Source: Owenweeksia hongkongensis DSM 17368 (GTDB taxonomy: Bacteria > Bacteroidota > Bacteroidia > Flavobacteriales > Schleiferiaceae). Taken from it: a DNA stretch of 64,000 nt. The notes under the pieces are model-generated. The model saw nothing but the letters and a program-made list of their open reading frames with translations, did not search any database and had not been told where the DNA came from. Location: assembly GCA_945907425.1 (NCBI GenBank), contig CAMDTE010000002.1, forward strand, positions 8,196 to 72,195, in the 5' to 3' direction. Shown here piece after piece: positions 34,452 through 43,073 of the stretch. Numbering within the stretch: the first letter of the stretch is position 1; every line of letters begins with the position of its first letter. The translations under genes and the position numbers were made by a program.

Positions 34452-34822
34452 CAGCCAGAGGCGCCCCCGCTGTACGGAAGCACGACAATTTTCACCTCTA
34501 CGACGCTGTCGGCGATGAGCTTAACAAAGCCACAACCTTCTACCAAAGGAGGGTTTCCGCCCTTGGATGCTTTTACCTGCAAAACCGCCTCGTAAGGATA
34601 GCTGTGTATGCCCGTTTCTCCGAAAACACCCGTGGTGTCGGTAAAGTCAGGAATGGCATTGATAACGGGCGCGGTAGCGCGAACGATGGCGTTTTGTATG
34701 CGAACACCGTTTTCATTGACAACAATCACCTTGAATTGGTAATTGGGCGGAGTTTTTTCACAGCCAGAGAGAAGGATTCCACTAGCGAATAAAACGAGAG
34801 CGAAAGAAAATATCTTTTTCAT
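34448..34822 (-). CDS. small lipoprotein, paralog B (carboxypeptidase-regulatory-like beta-sandwich)
   Basis: ATG 34822 (MKKIFSFALVLFASGILLSGC, lipobox). VIVVNENGVRIQNAIVR motif. Paralogous to the upstream gene. ATGA overlap 34819-34822. Confidence 0.7.
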   Translation of the reverse strand: MKKIFSFALVLFASGILLSGCEKTPPNYQFKVIVVNENGVRIQNAIVRATAPVINAIPDFTDTTGVFGETGIHSYPYEAVLQVKASKGGNPPLVEGCGFVKLIADSVVEVKIVVLPYSGGASGC

Positions 34823-35199
34823 GGGGCACAACCATTATCAAGGTCTACGTAGGGCTTGAGCACCACGGTAATGCTGCTGGATTTTCCAGGCTTGATAGCA
34901 ACAAAAGAACAACCCTTCCACCCGCCTTTTCCGGCTGTGATATTTAGATAGGAAGGCAAATTGTATTTAAAAACAGCCGCGCCAGAAGGCTCGGTATAGC
35001 GGTATTTGTCCACGTTACTGCCGCTGACAGGGGCATGCAGCCGAACCAATGCGTTTTGAATGGGAATACTATCCGAGTTGATTACCCAAACGGTAACAAC
35101 CGCAGGATCGTTGGGCGTCGTTTCACAACCAGAAATTCCCACTAAAAGAGCGAGAGACAAAAGACCTATTGAGGCCAGACGAAAGGTGTGTTTTCCCAT
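34819..35199 (-). CDS. small lipoprotein, paralog A (carboxypeptidase-regulatory-like beta-sandwich)
   Basis: ATG 35199 (MGKHTFRLASIGLLSLALLVGISGC, lipobox). VWVINSDSIPIQNALVR motif. Confidence 0.7.
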   Translation of the reverse strand: MGKHTFRLASIGLLSLALLVGISGCETTPNDPAVVTVWVINSDSIPIQNALVRLHAPVSGSNVDKYRYTEPSGAAVFKYNLPSYLNITAGKGGWKGCSFVAIKPGKSSSITVVLKPYVDLDNGCAP

Positions 35200-35211
35200 G
35201 GTTGAATTCCC

Positions 35212-35219
35212 TACTTTTG
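35212..35219 (+). promoter_or_regulatory. -7 box TActTTTG, 25 nt upstream of pheS ATG
   Basis: Exact TAnnTTTG in the 45-bp divergent intergenic region. Confidence 0.45.
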
Positions 35220-35236
35220 CGAAGGTTGGCAAGCAA

Positions 35237-35244
35237 CAAATATA
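35237..35244 (-). promoter_or_regulatory. -7 box TAtaTTTG, 37 nt upstream of lipoprotein A ATG 35199
   Basis: The minus strand reads TATATTTG. Abuts the pheS ATG on the other strand. Confidence 0.4.
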
Positions 35245-36261
35245 ATGAAACTAGAATTTGACGCGCACTGCAAAGAAATTGAGAATTTCGTTCCTCAAAA
35301 TGCACAGGAACTGGAGGCGTTCCGCTTGCGGTTTTTGGGTAAAAAAGGGCTAATTCCAGCGCTTTTTGCCGCTTTTAAGGAAGTTCCCAACGAAGAAAAG
35401 AAAGCGTATGGACTGTCCATCAACCATTTAAAAACGATGGCAGAGTCTGTAGTAGAGAAATTTGCTGCTGACTTTTCCACTGCGATCGTCCAATCTGGGG
35501 AGGATTTGTCTCGACCGGCAGAAAACTTTATGCCCGGAGCATTGCACCCCATCACCCTGGTGCGGAATGAGATTGTGCGGATCTTTGAGCGGATGGGATT
35601 TACCGTAGCGGAAGGACCAGAAATGGAAGACGATTGGCACAATTTCAGCGCCTTGAACTTCCCGGCAGATCACCCAGCGCGCGATATGCAAGACACTTTC
35701 TTTTTGTCAAAAAACCCAGATTGGGCCTTGCGAACGCACACCTCTAGCGTGCAGGTGCGCACCATGGAGAGTCAACAGCCACCGATTCGAATCATTGCCC
35801 CCGGGAGGGTTTTTAGAAACGAATCTATTTCCTCTCGCTCCCACTGTGTTTTTCATCAAGTAGAGGGGTTGTACATAGATAAAAATGTTTCGTTTGCTGA
35901 TTTAAAGCAAACGCTGTTGGAATTTGCCAAGGCATTTTTTGGCGACAAAACCGATATTCGCTTACGGCCTAGCTATTTCCCTTTTACAGAGCCTAGCGCC
36001 GAGGTAGATATTTGGTGGGGATTAGAAAATGAAGTGGATTACCGCATGACCAAAGGCACGGGGTGGTTAGAAATCATGGGGTGTGGCATGGTGGATCCGG
36101 CCGTTTTGCAAGCGAGCGGCATCGATCCAGAAATGTACAGCGGCTATGCTTTTGGCATGGGAATAGAGCGGATTGCCATGCAGCGGTTTCAAATCCCGGA
36201 CATCAGGGCGTTTTATGAAAACGATGTGAGGTTTTTGCGCACGTTTCAAGGGGTGCTTTAA
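35245..36261 (+). CDS. pheS: phenylalanine--tRNA ligase alpha subunit
   Basis: 338 aa. HPARDMQDTFF, FPFTEPSAEVDI and GYAFGMGIERIAM class-II motifs. Confidence 0.95.
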   Translation: MKLEFDAHCKEIENFVPQNAQELEAFRLRFLGKKGLIPALFAAFKEVPNEEKKAYGLSINHLKTMAESVVEKFAADFSTAIVQSGEDLSRPAENFMPGALHPITLVRNEIVRIFERMGFTVAEGPEMEDDWHNFSALNFPADHPARDMQDTFFLSKNPDWALRTHTSSVQVRTMESQQPPIRIIAPGRVFRNESISSRSHCVFHQVEGLYIDKNVSFADLKQTLLEFAKAFFGDKTDIRLRPSYFPFTEPSAEVDIWWGLENEVDYRMTKGTGWLEIMGCGMVDPAVLQASGIDPEMYSGYAFGMGIERIAMQRFQIPDIRAFYENDVRFLRTFQGVL

Positions 36262-36274
36262 AAACGAAAAAGGA

Positions 36275-37690
36275 CTAATCTACTACGCTTACTTTCAACA
36301 TATTGGTTGTTCCGCGCGCCTCTATAGGCATAGAGGCTATCGTAATGAGTGTGTTTCCAGGAAATACACATTGATTTGCTTTTAAGATGGCTTTCACATC
36401 AGAAAAAGTATCGTCTGTGCTCACCATTTTATCGTAAAAGAAACAGCGAACACCCCAAAATAAATTCAGCTTATTTAAAATCCGTCGGTTGGAGGTAAAT
36501 ACAAAAACACTGGAAGCAGGACGGTGAGACGCGATACGCTCAGCGGTATACCCAGAAAAGGTCATGGTTACAATGGCCTTCGCCTCTAGGGCATCTGCCA
36601 TTTTTGCCGCTTGGTAGCAAATTGTATCGGTTAAAAATCGACTGCTTTCTTTTTTAGGTGGATTTTTAGGCGCTTTGACCCATTTGGAAGCTTCGGCATG
36701 ACGGATGATGCGTGCCATGGTCTCCACCACTTCAATGGGGTACTTCCCAACAGAGGTTTCCCCGGAAAGCATCACAGCATCCGCGCCATCCAAAACAGCA
36801 TTGGCCACATCGTTCACTTCTGCGCGCGTGGGGGTAAGGCTTTCAATCATTGTTTCCATCATTTGAGTAGCAACAATGACAGGCTTTGAGAGCAACATAG
36901 CCTTTCGGGTAAGCATCTTTTGTACCAAGGGAACGGATTCCGCGGGAATTTCTACACCTAAATCGCCGCGAGCAACCATAACGGCATCCGTTGCTGCCAA
37001 AATCCGATCGATATCAGCTACGGCCTCGGGTTTTTCGATTTTTGCCACAATGCCCGCATGGCTATTGCTTTGTTTCAATAGGGTTCGCAACACTTTGATG
37101 TCTTCAGCGCTGCGCACAAAACTCAATCCAATCCATTCCACATCTTCCTCTAGGGCCACCCGAAGGTCGACGAGGTCTTTGTCTGTTAAACACGGAAGAG
37201 AAACCCGGGTATTGGGCAAATTGACGCCCTTTTTGCTTTTTAAAGGACCGCCCTGCACGACTTTTGCCACTACTTCATCTATCCCATTGGTGGAAAGGAC
37301 GGTCATGAGCAGCTTCCCGTCGTCCAATAAAATACGATCCCCCGGCTTCACATCCTTTGGGAAATCCTGATAGGTCATGTACACCCGCTGGGAGGTTCCT
37401 TCGCAGGGATGATTGGTAAACGTGATGGTGTCGCCGGGATGAACTTCAGCGCCCTCTTCAACGACGCCAATGCGCAATTTTGGACCTTGTAAATCGGCTA
37501 GAATGGCGGCTGTCCATTGATTTTCATCGAGCACTTTTCGGATTCGTTGAATCAGTTTTCTGTGGTCTTCTGGATCTCCGTGAGAGAAGTTGACCCGAAA
37601 AACATCGACGCCGGCGCGCAACAAAGCCATGAGATTTTCATCGGAAGAGGAGGCGGGCCCAAGGGTGGCGACTATTTTTGTCCGTTTCAT
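36275..37690 (-). CDS. pyk: pyruvate kinase
   Basis: 471 aa from MKRTKIVATLGPASSS. MVARGDLGVEIP. ATGA overlap with the upstream gene (37687-37690). Confidence 0.95.
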   Translation of the reverse strand: MKRTKIVATLGPASSSDENLMALLRAGVDVFRVNFSHGDPEDHRKLIQRIRKVLDENQWTAAILADLQGPKLRIGVVEEGAEVHPGDTITFTNHPCEGTSQRVYMTYQDFPKDVKPGDRILLDDGKLLMTVLSTNGIDEVVAKVVQGGPLKSKKGVNLPNTRVSLPCLTDKDLVDLRVALEEDVEWIGLSFVRSAEDIKVLRTLLKQSNSHAGIVAKIEKPEAVADIDRILAATDAVMVARGDLGVEIPAESVPLVQKMLTRKAMLLSKPVIVATQMMETMIESLTPTRAEVNDVANAVLDGADAVMLSGETSVGKYPIEVVETMARIIRHAEASKWVKAPKNPPKKESSRFLTDTICYQAAKMADALEAKAIVTMTFSGYTAERIASHRPASSVFVFTSNRRILNKLNLFWGVRCFFYDKMVSTDDTFSDVKAILKANQCVFPGNTLITIASMPIEARGTTNMLKVSVVD

Positions 37691-38190
37691 GAGGTATGCA
37701 AATGTTCGAATTCCAAACGCAGTTTCTTTAATTTGGACCAATCCAAAGGTACGGGTTTGCCCACAGAAGAAAGCTTTTGAATCCACAGACGCGTCGTTTT
37801 TTCCAAAGGAGCGGGCGTTACAAACAAAAGGAGGTCGACCGATGGCTTCTTGACCACAGGAAGAAAGGATATAGCGACTGCCTCGGCATCAAAAAGCGAA
37901 GGAGAAAGTGTGCTCGCACGAGCCGGGGACAACACCTCGCCGCCCTCAGGAGCATTCACAAGCACGTGCCAGGTACATCCATGGTCAAAATCGGCGCCCG
38001 CGTAATGGATATGCCCGGTTTTTTGCCCATCGTGTTCAATGAACCACTCTTTTTCCGTACGCGCTAACCCAAGGCCCAACGCTTTATTCAATCGATAGAT
38101 GGCGGTATAATCTTCGTATGGGCCCGTTAGGCCGATACACCAAGGGGCGTCTTCTTCCCACTCGTCCAGATCAAGAACGACGCGGCTCAC
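37687..38190 (-). CDS. conserved hypothetical protein between rnc and pyk (possibly IPExxxVDY family)
   Basis: 167 aa with a GTG start at 38190 (no ATG available). Segment FLPVVKKPSVDLLLFV loosely resembles the IPExxxVDY motif. The rnc-X-pyk position matches my recollection of Bacteroidota synteny. Confidence 0.5.
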   Translation of the reverse strand: MSRVVLDLDEWEEDAPWCIGLTGPYEDYTAIYRLNKALGLGLARTEKEWFIEHDGQKTGHIHYAGADFDHGCTWHVLVNAPEGGEVLSPARASTLSPSLFDAEAVAISFLPVVKKPSVDLLLFVTPAPLEKTTRLWIQKLSSVGKPVPLDWSKLKKLRLEFEHLHTS

Positions 38191-38926
38191 GCACTTTTAT
38201 ATTGAGTGTTTTGCATCCTTTACGTGCCGCCTCTTCTTCCGCTTTCTTTTTGGAAGGCCCCACCCCTTCCGAAATAACCTTTCCGTCTATAACAAATGCC
38301 ATGGCAAACGTCATGCGATGATTTGCACCCGTTGACGATAGGAGATCAAAGGAAAAACTGTGTTTATGGCGCTGGGCCCACTCAATCAACAGGCTTTTAT
38401 AGCTAATGACTTGATTTTCAACACGTCTAAAGTTGATGAATGCATCCAAAAGACGGCGGTGTACAAATTCACGCGCAGAGGGAAGCCCGCGATCTAAATA
38501 AAGCGCGCCAATCAAAGCCTCCAGCGTATTCCCCGGCAGAGAGGAGGACGGTTGGTTTTGCCTCCCACCAGAACGACTGTGGGGGACAAACTCCGCGAGG
38601 TTCAATTGTTTTCCAATGGCATTGAGTGCTTGTCGGCTGACTAGTTTGCTGCGCATTCCCGTCAAGTACCCCTCGTCCCCTTGTGGGTATTTTTGGTACA
38701 GAAAATCGGCCATCAAGGCACCTAAAATGGCATCCCCTAGAAATTCTAATCGCTCGTACGCCGCGTTGATTTCGCGCAAGGACAAATTGCCCGCCTTTCT
38801 ACGAAAAGCGAGCTGAAAGAACTGTTTGTTTTTTGGAAAGTATCCCGTCAGGGTGCGCATCGCCGTATAAAACGCCTTTTCTTCCGCGGAATCAGAAGAA
38901 AATAGAGCGCGGAGGCGATAAATCAT
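38171..38926 (-). CDS. rnc: ribonuclease III
   Basis: 251 aa. Signature ERLEFLGDAILG. C-terminal dsRBD (GPSKKKAEEEAARK). Confidence 0.9.
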   Translation of the reverse strand: MIYRLRALFSSDSAEEKAFYTAMRTLTGYFPKNKQFFQLAFRRKAGNLSLREINAAYERLEFLGDAILGALMADFLYQKYPQGDEGYLTGMRSKLVSRQALNAIGKQLNLAEFVPHSRSGGRQNQPSSSLPGNTLEALIGALYLDRGLPSAREFVHRRLLDAFINFRRVENQVISYKSLLIEWAQRHKHSFSFDLLSSTGANHRMTFAMAFVIDGKVISEGVGPSKKKAEEEAARKGCKTLNIKVREPRRS

Positions 38927-38928
38927 TG

Positions 38929-40182
38929 CTATTCGACGTACTTCTTGAACAACACAGAGGCGTTGTGACCGCCAAATCCAAACGTGTTGCTAAAGGCGGC
39001 ATGCACAGTGCGCTTTTGAGGAGCGCCGTAAGTCATGTTCAGTTTCTGGTCAATTTCAGGATCGTCCGTAAAATGATTGATGGTGGGCGGAATGATATCG
39101 TGCTTCACCGCAAAAACGGCTACCAATGCTTCTGCAGCTCCGGCCGCGCCCAAAAGATGACCGGTCATGGACTTAGTAGAAGAAATGTTCATACGGTAGG
39201 CATGTTCGCCAAAAACCAATTGGATGGCTTTTAATTCAGCCACGTCACCTAAAGGAGTGGAGGTTCCGTGAACATTGACATAATCCACCTCTTCGGGTTG
39301 CATTCCAGCGTCGGACAACATGTTCAACATGACATTTTTTGCTCCCAACCCCTCGGGATGAGGCGCGGTCAAATGGTATGCGTCAGCAGAAAGACCCCCT
39401 CCGACAAATTCAGCATAAATCTTGGCGCCGCGCGCTTTGGCGTGTTCCAATTCTTCTAACACCAAACAAGCAGCGCCTTCACCCAAAACAAAACCATCGC
39501 GGTCTTTATCAAAGGGACGAGAGGCAGTTTGTGGATCGTCGTTACGGGTGGAAAGCGCATGCATGGCATTGAAGCCACCAATACCCCCCTCAGAAACAGC
39601 CGCTTCGGATCCGCCAGAAATGATCACATCTGCCTTTCCCAGACGAAGGTACATGAGAGCATCGATCAAGGCGTTGGTAGAAGAAGCACAAGCAGAAACG
39701 GTAGTAAAATTCATACCCCTCATGCCGTATTTCATGGAAATTTGACCACCGGTGATGTCGGCAATCATTTTGGGAATAAAAAACGGACTGAATCGAGGGG
39801 TGCCGTCGCCGCGCCCGAAATCAATGCACTCGTGTAAAAAAGTGTCGAGCCCACCAATTCCAGAACCCCAGATGACACCCACGCGGTCTGCGTTCAGTGA
39901 CTCCATATCCAAACGGGCATCGGCAATAGCCTCATCGGCAGCAACAATTCCCAACTGGGTACAGCGATCCATCCTCCGCGCTTCCTTGCGATCGATAAAA
40001 TCAGCAGGCTCAAACCCCTTTACCTCACAGGCAAAAGTGGTTTTGAACTTCTCCGTATCAAAAAATGTAATGGGTGCCGCACCGCTGCGTCCCTCTAGCA
40101 ATCCCGCCCAGAAGTCTGGAGCGGTATTCCCGATGGGCGTCAATGCCCCGACGCCGGTAACTACAACCCGTTTAAGCTCCAT
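38929..40182 (-). CDS. fabF: beta-ketoacyl-ACP synthase II
   Basis: 417 aa. Active-site contexts TVSACASSTNAL, NVHGTSTPLGD and NTFGFGGHNAS. Confidence 0.95.
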   Translation of the reverse strand: MELKRVVVTGVGALTPIGNTAPDFWAGLLEGRSGAAPITFFDTEKFKTTFACEVKGFEPADFIDRKEARRMDRCTQLGIVAADEAIADARLDMESLNADRVGVIWGSGIGGLDTFLHECIDFGRGDGTPRFSPFFIPKMIADITGGQISMKYGMRGMNFTTVSACASSTNALIDALMYLRLGKADVIISGGSEAAVSEGGIGGFNAMHALSTRNDDPQTASRPFDKDRDGFVLGEGAACLVLEELEHAKARGAKIYAEFVGGGLSADAYHLTAPHPEGLGAKNVMLNMLSDAGMQPEEVDYVNVHGTSTPLGDVAELKAIQLVFGEHAYRMNISSTKSMTGHLLGAAGAAEALVAVFAVKHDIIPPTINHFTDDPEIDQKLNMTYGAPQKRTVHAAFSNTFGFGGHNASVLFKKYVE

Positions 40183-40203
40183 AGGAAGCGAGTGTTTAAT
40201 GGC

Positions 40204-40437
40204 TTATTTAGCGCCCTCGATGTAGGCAACTGCCTGACCAACCGTAGCGATGTTTTCGGCTTGATCGTCTGGTATTTGAAGATCGAATTCTTTTTCGAAT
40301 TCCATGATTAACTCAACAGTATCCAAAGAGTCTGCGCCCAAATCGTTGGTGAAAGAAGCTTCGTTGGTTACCTCGGCCTCGGTTACTCCAAGCTTGTCGA
40401 TAATGATAGCTTTTACACGGTTTGCGATGTCTGACAT
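40204..40437 (-). CDS. acpP: acyl carrier protein
   Basis: 77 aa. Phosphopantetheine site [16 protein letters not shown]. Confidence 0.95.
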   Translation of the reverse strand: MSDIANRVKAIIIDKLGVTEAEVTNEASFTNDLGADSLDTVELIMEFEKEFDLQIPDDQAENIATVGQAVAYIEGAK

Positions 40438-40515
40438 GCGTTCCTATTTTAAAATTAGTGCGACAAAGGAAAGAAATTCGGCCCAACCTCACAAACCAAG
40501 GCTGCGAAGTAAGCG

Positions 40516-40523
40516 TATATTTG
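40516..40523 (+). promoter_or_regulatory. -7 box TAtaTTTG, 10 nt upstream of purN ATG
   Basis: Exact TAnnTTTG in the 96-bp acpP/purN divergent region. Confidence 0.4.
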
Positions 40524-40533
40524 ACCTCGCAGA

Positions 40534-41127
40534 ATGGACACAAAACCCGTAAAAACGCTGGCCCTATTGGCTTCTGGAGAGGGAACCAATGCCCAAACCC
40601 TGTGGCGATATTTTATTAACAACAGCCGCGCAAAGGTGTGGGGAGTGGCGTGCAACCGGTCCAAAGCAGGCGTTTATGCCCGCGCAGAAGGAGACAAAGT
40701 GCATCATATACAGTTTGCTTCTTCCCCTGAAGGATTTGCTCAGTTACTGCATACATTTTTACAAGACGGGGTTACCCACGTGGTGTTGGCGGGGTTTTTA
40801 AAGGCGATTCCGGCGGAATGGGTGAACACGTATCCCGGAAAAATAATAAACATTCATCCGAGCCTTTTGCCTAAATACGGCGGGATGGGGATGTACGGCA
40901 TGCACGTTCACCAAGCGGTGAAAGCTGCCGGGGAAAAGGAATCGGGCATTACGATCCATACGGTCACCGCGGTATACGACGAAGGGCCGATTCTATTTCA
41001 AGCCAAAACGACCTTAGCGCCTACGGACGATGCCGACGCAATCCGTCAAAAGGTTCAAGAACTGGAATATCGATATTTTGCCCAAGTTGTGGACCATGTA
41101 GTTTCTGGAACGCCTCTTCCAGAATGA
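40534..41127 (+). CDS. purN: phosphoribosylglycinamide formyltransferase
   Basis: 197 aa. LASGEGTNAQ, VVLAGFLKAIP and IINIHPSLLPKYGG. Confidence 0.9.
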   Translation: MDTKPVKTLALLASGEGTNAQTLWRYFINNSRAKVWGVACNRSKAGVYARAEGDKVHHIQFASSPEGFAQLLHTFLQDGVTHVVLAGFLKAIPAEWVNTYPGKIINIHPSLLPKYGGMGMYGMHVHQAVKAAGEKESGITIHTVTAVYDEGPILFQAKTTLAPTDDADAIRQKVQELEYRYFAQVVDHVVSGTPLPE

Positions 41128-41582
41128 CAACGGTGGATCTTTTTACCGATGGGTCTTCTCGGGGAAACCCGGGCCCTGGAGGTTACGGCTTGATTCTGCG
41201 AAGCGGAAGCCACCAAAAGGAAATCTCCCAAGGGTTTAAGCACACCACCAACAACCGAATGGAGTTGATGGCGGTCATTGTGGGACTAGAATCTTTAAAA
41301 ACGCCCTGTGCGGTACGGGTGATTAGCGATTCGAAGTACGTGGTGGACGCTATTGAGAAACAATGGATCCAGGGATGGGTAAAACGCTCTTGGAAAAACG
41401 TGAAAAACCCTGATTTGTGGCAACGGTATTTGCTTTCCGCGCGCACGCACCGCGTTCGATTTGAGTGGATCAAAGGACACAACAACCACCCCGAAAACGA
41501 GCGGTGTGACCAATTAGCGACGGAAGCAGCCCTTCAAGGACCGCATCTGGACGACCCGTGGGCTAAAGACTCAAAAGCGTAG
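41124..41582 (+). CDS. rnhA: ribonuclease HI
   Basis: 152 aa. VDLFTDGSSRGNPGPGGYG, NNRMELMAVI and WIKGHNNHPENERCDQLA. ATGA overlap with purN. Confidence 0.9.
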   Translation: MTTVDLFTDGSSRGNPGPGGYGLILRSGSHQKEISQGFKHTTNNRMELMAVIVGLESLKTPCAVRVISDSKYVVDAIEKQWIQGWVKRSWKNVKNPDLWQRYLLSARTHRVRFEWIKGHNNHPENERCDQLATEAALQGPHLDDPWAKDSKA

Positions 41583-43061
41583 GGCGTCTGCAATTTTCCG
41601 GTCATTGGAAAGACGGGGAAGCTTGTTTTGCCCGCCCAATTTTCCAACAGAACGCATGTAGTCATTGAATGTTTCAACCCCCAAAATGCGCACAACAGCA
41701 GGACTCAGGACGGAGCCGGCAATCAAATCGTTGTAGTACGTATTCTTTTCCCGTAAAGCACTATCGAGCGCAGCACAAAACGCCTCAAAATCTTTCGGGA
41801 GAACATCAAAAGAAACAAACCATTCGTGGTATGGCAGGGAGCCTTCCGGTGGAGCGACCTGAGGGGCCACGGTGAATTCCCGAACCACGCAAGGATGTTG
41901 TGCTACCGCTTTTTGCAGAGCAAACTCTACCTCTGAACCAATAACGTGCTCTCCAAAAGCGCTGATAAAATGTTTGATTCTTCCGGTCACTACTATTCGG
42001 AAGGGATGCAATTCCGTAAAGGCAATGGTGTCGCCAAGGGAATATCCCCACAAACCGGCATTTGTGCTGAGAATCACCGCATAATGAACACCCACTTGTA
42101 CATCGGCCAAGCCAAGACGTGGCGGGTGAGGATCAAAAAACTGATCGACGGGTATAAATTCAAAGAAGATTCCGTTGTCCACAAGCAAGAGCATGCCTTC
42201 GTGATCGTAGCGATCCTGATACGCCAGAAAGCCTTCTGACGCAGGGTACGGATCTATTCTTCGGATGGCCTTTCCAAAGAGCTGCTCAAATTTCATTCTG
42301 TAGGGCTCAAAAGCCACGCCACCAGCGATATACAATGTAAAATTTGGAAAGAGCTCACTCACGGTGGATCGGCCTGTTTTGGCCAAAAGGCGCTCAAAAT
42401 ACATTTGCACCCACGGAGGAATTCCACCCAAGGCGCGCAGGTCAGAAGCAGCGGTTTCCTCGCAGATTTTATCCACTTTAGCTTCCCAATCCTCTATGCA
42501 ATTGGTCTCCCAAGAGGGAAGCCGGTTGGCCAAGAGGTAGGCCGGAACGAAATGGGCCGTTATACCGGAAAGCCGACCCACTTTGATGCCGTTTTTCTCC
42601 GTCATTTCCGGACTCCCTTGCAAAAACATCATTTTTCCGTCCACCATGGAGGCGTCTCCGCTTCTGTGGATATACGCAAGGAGCATGTCGCGCGCTGCAC
42701 GGATATGGCAAGGCAAACTCTCTTTTGTCAACGGAATGTATTTGACACCGCTGGTTGTCCCGCTGGTTTTTGCAATACATAGAGGCTTTCCCGGCCAAAG
42801 CACATCCGATTCTCCTGCCACCATTCGGTCGATGTAGGGACGAAGCCCTTCGTAATCTGTAATGGGCACGGCTTTTTGAAAGTCTTCAACAGAGTGAATA
42901 GAGCCAAATCCGTGGTCTTTGCCAAAAGCGGTGGATTGCGCTGAACGAACCAAATGGGTTCGTACACGGTCTTGTGCTTCGAGAGGATGGTCAATCCACC
43001 GACGATTTTTTACATGCACGATGGCGGCAAATTGTTTTGCGGCCCACGCTTTTATACTCAT
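41571..43061 (-). CDS. GH3 (auxin-responsive-promoter family) adenylate-forming enzyme homolog
   Basis: 496 aa. N-terminus ...LEAQDRVRTHLVRSAQSTAFGKDHGF...FQKAVPITDYEGLRPYIDRM and TSGTTSG-type motif (AKTSGTTSGVKYIP) match bacterial GH3-family proteins. Confidence 0.7.
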   Translation of the reverse strand: MSIKAWAAKQFAAIVHVKNRRWIDHPLEAQDRVRTHLVRSAQSTAFGKDHGFGSIHSVEDFQKAVPITDYEGLRPYIDRMVAGESDVLWPGKPLCIAKTSGTTSGVKYIPLTKESLPCHIRAARDMLLAYIHRSGDASMVDGKMMFLQGSPEMTEKNGIKVGRLSGITAHFVPAYLLANRLPSWETNCIEDWEAKVDKICEETAASDLRALGGIPPWVQMYFERLLAKTGRSTVSELFPNFTLYIAGGVAFEPYRMKFEQLFGKAIRRIDPYPASEGFLAYQDRYDHEGMLLLVDNGIFFEFIPVDQFFDPHPPRLGLADVQVGVHYAVILSTNAGLWGYSLGDTIAFTELHPFRIVVTGRIKHFISAFGEHVIGSEVEFALQKAVAQHPCVVREFTVAPQVAPPEGSLPYHEWFVSFDVLPKDFEAFCAALDSALREKNTYYNDLIAGSVLSPAVVRILGVETFNDYMRSVGKLGGQNKLPRLSNDRKIADALRF

Positions 43062-43073
43062 GGGTACATGGAA

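Noticed and set aside
40438-40533. Clear -33/-7 promoter pair for acpP in the acpP/purN divergent region
   Set aside because: Only a near-match TAATTTTA is present 11 nt before the acpP ATG. The candidate TTTG elements are at the wrong spacing (6 or 34 nt), so it was not reported as a feature.
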